Shown here one piece after another: positions 1-8,843 of a stretch of DNA of 10,981 nt (positions are counted from its first letter, which is position 1; every line of letters starts with the position of its first letter). The stretch spans positions 1 through 10,981 of the forward strand of contig JBJHDK010000069.1 of the NCBI GenBank assembly GCA_050486505.1, given 5' to 3'. Below the pieces are notes generated by a model. It searched no databases, was not told the origin of the DNA, and saw only the letters and a program-made list of their open reading frames with translations. A program made the position numbers and the translations under genes. Source of the stretch: Fibrobacteria bacterium (lineage in GTDB: Bacteria > Fibrobacterota > Fibrobacteria > UBA11236).

Positions 1-623
1 GCGGTGATGCGAAGCGCCTCGCTGCGCAACCAGCGGTCGCAGGAGCGCGTTGCGACCACGTGCACGTCGCCGTGGTCGATGTGGCGCTGGAGCACATTGA
101 GGTGTCCCTGGTGGATCATGGCGGAATTCATGTCCGCGGGATCACCCTTGAGGATGAGGTAGTTTCCGCGCGGAACACGCTCGAGAATCGCTTGCGCCTG
201 GATTTCGCCGACCCTGACATTGTCGAAGGAGAGATAAAGGTCCACCGGGGCGTCGGCGATCAGGCGGTCATACGAGATTACGGGGACACTCCGCGCCCGG
301 GCGTTGAGCACGATGGGGCGAGCGGCGTCCGCATTCTTCGGAACGACGACAAGCACTTGCACGCCGCGTGCCAGGAGCGCGTCTGTCTGGCGCAGTTGCA
401 CGTTCGGATCGCCGGCGGCATCCTGGACGATCACCCGCGCGCCCAGCGCTTCGGCCTTGGCCACGAAAAAGTCCCGATCACGCTGCCAGCGTTCTTCCTT
501 GAGGTCGGCAAGGCTGAGCCCGATCAGCGGGCCGCTTCCTTCGTGGGTTTCTTGCCTGCCGCAGGCGAAAAACAGGAGGGGGACGGCGAGGAGCATCAGG
601 GCTGGCAACGACCGAACAGGCAT
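1..623 (-). CDS. xylF: D-xylose-type ABC transporter substrate-binding lipoprotein (5' part; continues beyond left edge)
   Basis: Hand translation from ATG at 623: MPVRSLPALMLLAVPLLFFAC-GRQ...IGLSLADLKEERWQRDRDFFVAKAEALGA...VISYDRLI...YLSFDNVRVGEIQA...KGDPADMNS...DRWLRSEALRIT. ERWxRD, YDRLI and SFDNxxVG are XylF/ChvE-family motifs. Lipobox with Cys21; SD-like GAAAGGA 7 nt upstream. Absent from ORF track (no stop in window). Confidence 0.88.
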   Translation of the reverse strand, partial: MPVRSLPALMLLAVPLLFFACGRQETHEGSGPLIGLSLADLKEERWQRDRDFFVAKAEALGARVIVQDAAGDPNVQLRQTDALLARGVQVLVVVPKNADAARPIVLNARARSVPVISYDRLIADAPVDLYLSFDNVRVGEIQAQAILERVPRGNYLILKGDPADMNSAMIHQGHLNVLQRHIDHGDVHVVATRSCDRWLRSEALRIT

Positions 624-709
624 GGCAAGATCCTTTCGTGTGGCACGGGAAAGCTATTAACGGTCAAGGCCCTTCGTGCACAAATTCGACGCGATATTAC
701 ATTCTCGGC

Positions 710-739
710 ATGAATCACCACGGCCCCGTGCCGGTCTGA
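710..739 (+). CDS. putative leader ORF MNHHGPVPV (9 aa)
   Basis: ATG at 710 is 6 nt after TACATT (698-703); TGA at 737-739 is 1 nt before the ATG at 741. Translation is inferred only. Confidence 0.3.
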   Translation: MNHHGPVPV

Positions 740-740
740 G

Positions 741-1595
741 ATGTTTTTCCTGCGCAACGATGCATTGCGTGTCGAGGTGCTTGATCCGGCACTCGACAGG
801 GATCGCATGGGCAGCCGTTATTGTGCGGGCGGTTACATCTGGGGTGCTTCGGATACGCAGGGGCGCCCGCTTTTCTCGGGCCCTTTTTTCCCCGATGCGA
901 CGACCCCGTTCGACGGGCAGGGCGCGCCTGAAGTGTTCGAGACCGCCCTTGGCGCCGACGTCGCAAAAGTCGGTGACCTGGTCTGCGTTCCCGGCGTGGG
1001 CCTTGTACGCCGCGACAGCAGGACAGCCCCGTTTCATGTGCGGGACAATCCGGCGGTGGTGCGCTTCGCGGACTGGGATGTCGAGGAGTCGACGTCGGAG
1101 ACTGTTCGCATGCGTACGACGCAGGAGTTCAAGGGAACGCGCCTTGACCTCGCAAGGACGGTCAAAATCATGGGGGTCACTCTGGAGTCCCGAACGGAGT
1201 TGGGGTATGCGGGAGAACACCCCCTGTCGTTGCGTTGGTTCGCCCACCCTTTCTTCCCGCCGCAAGAAAAACTCTGTCGCTTCACGCCCCGGGCGAAGGT
1301 TCCGGAAAACCCGGCATTCGGTCTCGATCCTGATGACTTTCTCGTTCGCGATCCGGGTTACAAGTGGGAGAAGGGATTTTATCAACCGCTCGAGGCGGCC
1401 TTGGGCAAGCCGCTGCGCGTCGAGCAACTCCATGCTGTTGCGGAAACCATCAGGGTCGAATGCGATTGGCCGCTTGCTTGGCTGCCGGTGTGGGGGAACG
1501 CGCGCGCCTTCTCCTTCGAGCCGTATCACGACGTCGTGCTGGAACCAGGCACCGCGACGGCGTGGACGATCCGGTATGCCTTCGGGGACGGCTGA
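741..1595 (+). CDS. galactose mutarotase / aldose 1-epimerase-like superfamily protein
   Basis: 284 aa. N-terminus MFFLRNDALRVEVL, WFAHPFF (like the HPYF His motif) and C-terminal FSFEPY...LEPG...W (like the catalytic EP motif). Stop overlaps recO start (TGATG). Divergent from a sugar-binding protein gene. Confidence 0.65.
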   Translation: MFFLRNDALRVEVLDPALDRDRMGSRYCAGGYIWGASDTQGRPLFSGPFFPDATTPFDGQGAPEVFETALGADVAKVGDLVCVPGVGLVRRDSRTAPFHVRDNPAVVRFADWDVEESTSETVRMRTTQEFKGTRLDLARTVKIMGVTLESRTELGYAGEHPLSLRWFAHPFFPPQEKLCRFTPRAKVPENPAFGLDPDDFLVRDPGYKWEKGFYQPLEAALGKPLRVEQLHAVAETIRVECDWPLAWLPVWGNARAFSFEPYHDVVLEPGTATAWTIRYAFGDG

Positions 1596-2356
1596 TGGCC
1601 AACGCCAAGGATTGCGGCTTTTTGTTGCGCAAGATTCCGTATTCGGAATCAAGCTGGATCCTCAAGGCTTTCACCCGCGAACATGGATTGATGTCGTTCA
1701 TGGCGAAGGGCGCTCGCAGGCAAAATTCACGATTGCATGGTCTCATGGAACCGGTGCTGCATCTCCAGTTTCTCTTTCCTGCCCAAGCCAGGGGAGACAT
1801 GCGGATTCTCGCCGATGCGGCCTTGCTCCACGATTTCCCCGGGGTCCGTGATACCTTGGTCAAGCAGAGCCTGGCTCTGGTCTGCGGCGAGGTGATATTG
1901 AGATACTTGCCCGATCAGGCCGTTGCCCCGCAATTTCACGACCTGTTGCTTGAGACGCATTGCAGGCTGGAGTCCTCGGACGTCGGGCGCGAGGCGTTGC
2001 AGGCAACCTTGGCAGCATTTCTGCTCGATTATTGCGAACTCTCGGGACACCAACCGCAGTTCCGAACCTGCACGGGCTGCGGCGCAGCCTTGAACGGAGC
2101 GACAATTGCGTTTCATGTGGATCAGGGGGGACCCGCCTGCAGTCGCTGCCACCGCGAGGAACCCGGTGCGCTGCAGTTGCGCGAGGGGACCCTGCGCTGG
2201 CTGGATGCGGTGCAGCGTGGCGTTTCGGGGCCGGAGTTGGACCGCATCAATGCGGGGCGTGCCTTGGAGTTCCTGTTGCTGTACCTTGGCCGGCACTCCG
2301 GAGGCCAAAAGCCCATCAAATCCTTCCAGGTGTGGCAGGCGTTGATGGGTGGGTAA
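1595..2356 (+). CDS. recO: DNA repair protein RecO
   Basis: From ATG 1595 (253 aa): GFLLRKIPYSESSWILKAFTREHG..SFMAKGARR (RecO N-terminal OB fold), then GHQPQFRTCTGC...GGPACSRC (4-Cys zinc finger). Confidence 0.95.
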   Translation: MANAKDCGFLLRKIPYSESSWILKAFTREHGLMSFMAKGARRQNSRLHGLMEPVLHLQFLFPAQARGDMRILADAALLHDFPGVRDTLVKQSLALVCGEVILRYLPDQAVAPQFHDLLLETHCRLESSDVGREALQATLAAFLLDYCELSGHQPQFRTCTGCGAALNGATIAFHVDQGGPACSRCHREEPGALQLREGTLRWLDAVQRGVSGPELDRINAGRALEFLLLYLGRHSGGQKPIKSFQVWQALMGG

Positions 2357-2477
2357 CAGGGATCAGGGATCGGGTGTCAGGTCGGAAGATAGCGTGGCGC
2401 TTCTCCCCTTATCACCCGCACTTCATCCTCTCCCCGCACCTCCTACCCTGCGCCTGTTACCCGTTACCTGACACCTG
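2351..2477. repeat. degenerate 7-bp tandem repeats in two oppositely oriented blocks
   Basis: Left block ggtaaca gggatca gggatcg ggtgtca; right block cccgcac ctcctac cctgcgc ctgttac ccgttac ctgacac. Exact 10-bp reverse complements: 2351-2360 with 2453-2462, and 2373-2382 with 2466-2475. Confidence 0.6.
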
Positions 2478-2486
2478 CTCGCCAGT

Positions 2487-2492
2487 TATAAT
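2487..2492 (+). promoter_or_regulatory. -10 box TATAAT of a probable leaderless gluQ promoter
   Basis: Perfect TATAAT followed by 7 nt and then the ATG at 2500; no SD upstream. Confidence 0.65.
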
Positions 2493-2499
2493 TCCGCGT

Positions 2500-3447
2500 A
2501 TGCCCTATCGCCTCCGCACGCGCATCGCCCCGACCCCGAGCGGCGTTCTGCATCTCGGGAACGCCTGGTCGTTTACACTGACGTGGCTGGCAGCGCGCGC
2601 CACGGGCGGGAGCGTGCACCTGCGCATCGATGACATGGATGCCGCGCGCAGTCGTCCGGAACACGTCGAAGATATCTTCGCCGCACTGACGTGGCTGGGG
2701 CTCGACTGGGATTCCGGTCCCCGTGATGCGGCGGAGTTCCGGGCGTCGCATTCGCAGCGGCTACGGCTTGACCGCTATCGCGCGGCGTTGGACGTGCTGC
2801 GGAGTCGCGGCTGCGTGTACGCCTGTACCTGCAGCCGTACCCAGGTGCGCCAGTCCGGTGCGGGGAACACGATGGTTTACCCGGGCACGTGCCGGGATCG
2901 CGAGGGGGTTTCCGCTGGGAAGCACGCATTGCGGTTCCGGCTCGAAACGGGGACTGCGCGAGTCCGTGACCCGGAAGGATCGGCCTTTGTCCTGCATCCG
3001 GAACGCGATCTCGGTGATTTCATCCTGCTTCGCAAAAACGGGGACCCGGCCTACCAGCTGACCTCGCTCGTGGATGACGAGGAAGTGGGGGTCAACTTCG
3101 TCGTGCGCGGCCTTGACCTGATGCCCTCCACGGGGGCACAGGTTGCCCTGGCGCATGCATTGGGGTTGCGTCACTTTCCGCAAGCGCGCTTCTGGCATCA
3201 CTCCCTGGTTCTCGATGATCATGGCGAAAAACTTTCAAAATCGACCGGTTCGGAATCGCTGGAAGCTTTGCGGCAGCGTTACAAGGCCCCGGAGGTCCTG
3301 TTTCGCTGGTTCGCCGTTGCGCTGGGGCGTTCTGTTGAAGGCGTGCGCACGGCGCGCGATCTGCTGCCGGGATTTTCGCCCGCGCAGGCTCCGGAAACGC
3401 CGCTGCGTCTCCCGGATTTCTGGCGCTTTGCGGAGGCGGGCGGTTGA
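2500..3447 (+). CDS. gluQ: glutamyl-queuosine tRNA(Asp) synthetase (GluRS catalytic-domain paralog)
   Basis: 315 aa from ATG 2500. RIAPTPSGVLHLGN (HIGH), LRIDDMD, GLDWD, YACTCSR...YPGTCR (zinc site), GDFILLRK, AYQL..LVDD, VRGLDL, KLSKS (KMSKS). No anticodon-binding domain. Confidence 0.88.
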   Translation: MPYRLRTRIAPTPSGVLHLGNAWSFTLTWLAARATGGSVHLRIDDMDAARSRPEHVEDIFAALTWLGLDWDSGPRDAAEFRASHSQRLRLDRYRAALDVLRSRGCVYACTCSRTQVRQSGAGNTMVYPGTCRDREGVSAGKHALRFRLETGTARVRDPEGSAFVLHPERDLGDFILLRKNGDPAYQLTSLVDDEEVGVNFVVRGLDLMPSTGAQVALAHALGLRHFPQARFWHHSLVLDDHGEKLSKSTGSESLEALRQRYKAPEVLFRWFAVALGRSVEGVRTARDLLPGFSPAQAPETPLRLPDFWRFAEAGG

Positions 3448-3448
3448 A

Positions 3449-3475
3449 AGGGGCGAATGATCATTCGCCCCTACA
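3449..3475. repeat. perfect 24-bp palindrome with terminal GTAG (REP-like)
   Basis: AGGGGCGAATGA|TCATTCGCCCCT (3449-3472) followed by ACA; minus strand reads TGTAGGGGCGAATGATCATTCGCCCCT. Confidence 0.7.
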
Positions 3476-3493
3476 GTTACATTGACGTCATCT

Positions 3494-4249
3494 ATGTTGA
3501 CCGCCGCTGAAATCGCCCGCCATCCCGGCCCCTTGGCCGTCTGTACCGCGTATGACTATCCCTTCGCCCGCGTTCTTGCGCGTGCCGGGGTCGACGTGAT
3601 TCTGGTCGGGGACTCCCTTGCCAACGTGGTTCTGGGGCTGCCCGCAACCCGCGACGTGGGCATGGCGGAGATGGAGCTTTTCGCCGGAGCCGTACTACGG
3701 GGAGCTCCGGATTCGCATGTGACGATCGATCTTCCTTTCGGGGCAGATTCCACCGTCGAGTCCGCGGTGCGAAACGGGTTGCATTTCATCGGCATGGGTG
3801 CGGCTTCGGTCAAGCTTGAGGGGGACAAGCCCGGAGTGATTCGTGCCCTTGTGGACGCAGGGGTTCCCGTCATGGCGCATCTGGGGCTGTTGCCCCAAAC
3901 CGCAAAATCCTTTAAGCGGGTCGGCGTGACAGGGACGGACAGGGAGAGATTGCTGCGCGAGGCCGTCAGCATTGAAGAGGCCGGGGCGTTTTCCGTCGTC
4001 CTCGAAAACATCCAGGAGGACACTGCCTCGGAAATCACCCGTTCACTGTCCATTCCAACCATCGGCATCGGGTCGGGGGTGTTCACTCGCGGTCAGGTTC
4101 AGGTCTTGCACGACATTCTCGGTCTCGTTGAAAAATCCCCACCCTTCGCGAAGTCTTTCACCGATCTTTCTGATGGGGCCGTGCATGCCGTTCGGCAGTA
4201 TACGGATTGGGTTCGCAATGAAACCGGGAGGGTGCCATCTTCTTGCTAG
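3494..4249 (+). CDS. panB: 3-methyl-2-oxobutanoate hydroxymethyltransferase
   Basis: TAYDY, ILVGDSL, DLPFG, VKLEG, MAHLGLLPQ, EEAGAFSVVLE, PTIGIGSG, GQVQVLHDILG. Start at ATG 3494 (alternative TTG 3482). Confidence 0.96.
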   Translation: MLTAAEIARHPGPLAVCTAYDYPFARVLARAGVDVILVGDSLANVVLGLPATRDVGMAEMELFAGAVLRGAPDSHVTIDLPFGADSTVESAVRNGLHFIGMGAASVKLEGDKPGVIRALVDAGVPVMAHLGLLPQTAKSFKRVGVTGTDRERLLREAVSIEEAGAFSVVLENIQEDTASEITRSLSIPTIGIGSGVFTRGQVQVLHDILGLVEKSPPFAKSFTDLSDGAVHAVRQYTDWVRNETGRVPSSC

Positions 4250-4308
4250 AGAATGGTGTCATTTTGTCCAAAGCGCGGTGGTACCACACGTCCGAATACG
4301 TGGCGGTT

Positions 4309-4314
4309 TATTTT
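4309..4314 (+). promoter_or_regulatory. candidate -10 box TATTTT (leaderless start at 4322)
   Basis: TANNNT followed by 7 nt and ATG; no SD upstream. Confidence 0.4.
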
Positions 4315-4321
4315 TTCGGGC

Positions 4322-4669
4322 ATGTCTGACGACCACGCATCATCCGATCCACAGGCCGTTTCTCCGGGAACTGGGTTGCGGCCGAAACCCGCGCTCGAGA
4401 TTATCGAGGGGCGCGAATTCATTGCGGAGAACGTGGCCATTTCCGGGCGTCATTTCATCCGTTGTTCGTTCAATTTCTGCAATCTGATTTATTCGGGGGG
4501 GCCGGTCGGCCTGGTCGAGTGCGGTGGGAACAACAACCAGCTCGTTGAAGTGGGGCCGGTGAAGGAAGCCATCCAGGGGTTTCTTCCGGAGAATATCCGG
4601 GACAAGATGTTGCGCTACTGGACTGAGGTCCGCAAGGGGTTCAATCTCAGCGATTCCCCGGAAGTTTGA
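4322..4669 (+). CDS. hypothetical protein (115 aa) with a short pentapeptide/beta-solenoid-like segment
   Basis: Fills the gap between panB and the convergent gene. Segment IEGREFIAENVAISGRHFIRCSFNFCNLIYSGG has about 5-residue F/C periodicity. ATG 4322 preferred over 4253 because of the -10-like box. Confidence 0.7.
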   Translation: MSDDHASSDPQAVSPGTGLRPKPALEIIEGREFIAENVAISGRHFIRCSFNFCNLIYSGGPVGLVECGGNNNQLVEVGPVKEAIQGFLPENIRDKMLRYWTEVRKGFNLSDSPEV

Positions 4670-4681
4670 ACGCCTTGCGTT

Positions 4682-5839
4682 CTAGCCGGCCAGAAGTTCC
4701 ACCCGTGCAATTTCGGCGGACGTTCCCACCCGCATCGGCGGCCCCCAGTATCCCGTACCTTCACTGACGTAAAGCCAGGTTCTGTTCGCGACCCGGTGCA
4801 AACCGTTGAGGTAGGGCTGGTCGAGGTGCACCAGCCAATTGAACGGCTTCATCTGGCCACCATGAACATGCCCTGAGATTTGCAGGTCGACCCCGGCCGC
4901 CACCGCGTCGTCGATTGCCTTGGGCTGGTGCGCGAGCAGCACGACGGGCTTCGTCGGATCGCGTCCATCCAAGGCGCGTTCCACGTCCTGACCGTGTCCC
5001 GGAAGCATTCCCGCAGCGGTGATATCGTCGACCCCGGCAAGGTCGAAAAGCCCGCGGATGTCAATGCGTTCATTGCGCAGCGTACGGATGCCGAGCGTGT
5101 TCATGTGTTCGATCCAGGGGTCTGCGCCGGCGTAATATTCGTGGTTGCCGGTCACCATGAACACACCGTCGCGTGCGTGCAGCCGGCCCAGCGGCTCGAC
5201 GTGGCGGCGCAGCGTCTCGACGGTGCCGTCCACGATGTCCCCCGTGAGTACGACCATGTCGGGCCCCATCAGGTTGATGCGGTGGACGACCTCTTCCACG
5301 AAGGGGCGGCTGATGGTGGGCCCCACGTGCAGGTCGGTGATTTGCGCGATCACGTACCCGTTCCCCTCGCGGGGAAGCTTCGCCAGGGGAACCCCCACAC
5401 TCTTCACCTGTAACCGGCGCGCCTGGAACATCCCGGCCACACCCGTGGCCACGGCGGCGGCTCCGACGCTCCCCGCGATCACCCGTGCCGCGAACGTGCG
5501 CCTGTCCGGATCCCGTGGCGTGCGCGCGCCGAACAAGGACGCGCCCTCGCGCAGCAGCCGAAGCAGGTCGACCGCGCCGCCGAACACCAGCAGGTAGAAC
5601 AGGAAGCCCATCCAGCTGTAGGTGACCCAGGCCATGGGGGAGACGATGCCGCGCGGGAGCATGTCGCGAAAAACGAAGCTGGCCGGGATGGAGAGGGCGA
5701 GCAAGACGAGCGCGAGGGTGAGCACCCGGGCGCGCCTCTTCGGCATCTTCGGATCGTGGATGAAGCGCTTCCAGACGTAGTAGTGCGAGAGCGCGGTGAG
5801 GGTGCTGAGGATGGTGAGGGCGATGACGATGCGGAGCAT
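4682..5839 (-). CDS. membrane-anchored calcineurin-like metallophosphoesterase (YkuE/YaeI-like)
   Basis: 385 aa, four N-terminal hydrophobic helices, then all five motifs: TDLH, TGDIVDG, GNHE, LLAHQP, SGHVHGGQ, plus GxGxWGPPMRVG..AEI. Confidence 0.95.
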   Translation of the reverse strand: MLRIVIALTILSTLTALSHYYVWKRFIHDPKMPKRRARVLTLALVLLALSIPASFVFRDMLPRGIVSPMAWVTYSWMGFLFYLLVFGGAVDLLRLLREGASLFGARTPRDPDRRTFAARVIAGSVGAAAVATGVAGMFQARRLQVKSVGVPLAKLPREGNGYVIAQITDLHVGPTISRPFVEEVVHRINLMGPDMVVLTGDIVDGTVETLRRHVEPLGRLHARDGVFMVTGNHEYYAGADPWIEHMNTLGIRTLRNERIDIRGLFDLAGVDDITAAGMLPGHGQDVERALDGRDPTKPVVLLAHQPKAIDDAVAAGVDLQISGHVHGGQMKPFNWLVHLDQPYLNGLHRVANRTWLYVSEGTGYWGPPMRVGTSAEIARVELLAG

Positions 5840-5977
5840 GGGGGACGGAGTCGGGCCTTCCTGCGTGAGGGGAACGCGGCATGTCGCGGAAAGGGTTGAA
5901 GATACACCCTTCGCGGGTGCCGGGTTGCCTTTCGTGGCGGATCAAGCGTCAAAGGGGCTCTTGGGAGCCGTTTGCGG

Positions 5978-5997
5978 TTACCAAGGATAATTGGTAA
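5978..5997. promoter_or_regulatory. inverted repeat TTACCAA-N6-TTGGTAA, probable HicB operator in the hicAB promoter
   Basis: Perfect 7-bp arms (5978-5984, 5991-5997) in an AT-rich patch 16 nt upstream of hicA, overlapping GATAAT (5986-5991). Confidence 0.65.
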
Positions 5998-6013
5998 ATA
6001 AAGGGGGCGCGGA

Positions 6014-6193
6014 ATGCCGTTGAGCGGCAAGGAGATGATCAAGCTGTATGAGCGCGAGGGATGGCAGGTTATTGGGCAAAGAGGGAGTCATGTCCGCATG
6101 GAGAAGGGGTCGTTGCACGAGACCATCCCTTTGCACAAAGAGCTTGCGAAAGGTACCGAGCATAAACTGCTGAAGATCCTCAGGAAAGGATGA
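6014..6193 (+). CDS. hicA: type II toxin-antitoxin HicA family toxin (mRNA interferase)
   Basis: Hand translation, 59 aa: MPLSGKEMIKLYEREGWQVIGQRGSHVRMEKGSLHETIPLHKELAKGTEHKLLKILRKG. HicA signatures GW..RGSH (catalytic His) and IPxH..L.KGT. SD-like AAGGGGG. Below the ORF-track size cutoff. Confidence 0.93.
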   Translation: MPLSGKEMIKLYEREGWQVIGQRGSHVRMEKGSLHETIPLHKELAKGTEHKLLKILRKG

Positions 6194-6199
6194 CCAAGG

Positions 6200-6621
6200 A
6201 TGCTTTATCATTACAAGTTTCACCGGGAAAAGGGTGGCTTCTGGGGGTTTTGTCTTGAGCTGGATGGAGCCGTGACGCAAGGGAACACCTGGGAAGAATT
6301 CGAGCACAACATGTCGGAGTCCCTGAGCCTGTACCTGGATGAGCGCGAGGATTCCGATGTGTTGTTCCCCGAGCCGAATCCTTCGCTCAAAGGACGCAAC
6401 ATCGTTAAGGTTCCGGTCGATCCGAAAGTCGCGCTGGCCATGCTGGTGCGGCAGGCGCGTGTTCGCCGAAAGATCACGCAGAAGCAGGCGGCAGAAAAAC
6501 TGGGAATGAAGAACGTGTATAGTTACCAGCGGCTGGAGCGGTCGAATACGGCGAATCCGGAGTTCACGACCCTGCTGCGGATCAAGAAGCTCTTTCCGGA
6601 GGTGTCGGTGGATTTGGCGCT

Positions 6622-6628
<7 letters not shown>
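6200..6628 (+). CDS. hicB: type II toxin-antitoxin HicB family antitoxin with C-terminal XRE-type HTH
   Basis: 142 aa. N-terminal HicB fold (GFWGFCLELDGAVTQGNTWEEFEHNMSESLSLYL...PEP) and C-terminal HTH (RQAR..ITQKQAAEKLGM...YQRLE...NP..TTL). Starts 6 nt after hicA. Confidence 0.92.
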
Positions 6629-8656
<2,028 letters not shown>

Positions 8657-8665
8657 GAACGGGGA

Positions 8666-8671
8666 AAGATA
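8666..8671 (-). promoter_or_regulatory. candidate -10 box TATCTT of the thiC/riboswitch promoter
   Basis: Would place the start site near 8659, a few nt before the aptamer 5' end. Weak -35-like GCGACA at 8688-8693. Confidence 0.5.
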
Positions 8672-8754
8672 GTTGAGAGGAGAGAGCTGTCGCCTGTCGC
8701 CTTCGTTCCACTTGGCAAATCCCCCCGTATTTTCTTCCTTTACGCACCGCTTTT

Positions 8755-8830
8755 GGGGATATAGCTCAGTTGGTAGAGCGCTTCGTTCGCAATGAAGAGG
8801 TCAGGAGTTCGACTCTCCTTATCTCCACCA
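8755..8830 (+). tRNA. tRNA-Ala (anticodon CGC)
   Basis: 76 nt: GGGGATA/TATCTCC acceptor stem with G3:U70, D arm GCTCAGTTGGTAGAGC, anticodon arm CTTCG-TT-CGC-AA-TGAAG, T arm AGGAGTTCGACTCTCCT, encoded ACCA end. Confidence 0.98.
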
Positions 8831-8843
8831 AAAATCATGGATC

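Noticed and set aside
60..713. 217-aa + strand ORF, and 304..660
   Set aside because: Antisense shadows of the xylF-like gene, which carries clear family motifs on the minus strand.
1364..1594. 77-aa N-terminal extension of RecO in the ORF track
   Set aside because: Overlaps the upstream gene; RecO similarity starts at the TGATG-coupled ATG 1595.
657..1851. Long ORFs 657..1652 (-) and 676..1851 (+)
   Set aside because: Arg/Ser/Pro-rich off-frame or antisense products overlapping the mutarotase-like gene and recO; typical of high-GC DNA.
1960..2499. 180-aa N-terminal extension of GluQ (apparent fusion)
   Set aside because: Overlaps recO and the repeat spacer; family motifs start just after ATG 2500, which has its own TATAAT.
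4849..6042. Alternative ORFs over the metallophosphoesterase gene (e.g. 5070..5945, 5479..6042)
   Set aside because: Low-complexity frames caused by extreme GC3; no motifs.
8700..8754. tRNA promoter (TTGGCA 8712-8717, TATTTT 8728-8733)
   Set aside because: A promoter must lie here, but these two boxes are only 10 nt apart, so I cannot assign them.
8800..8830. tRNA 3' end duplication (att site) bounding an island
   Set aside because: No second copy seen on either strand and no integrase in the window.
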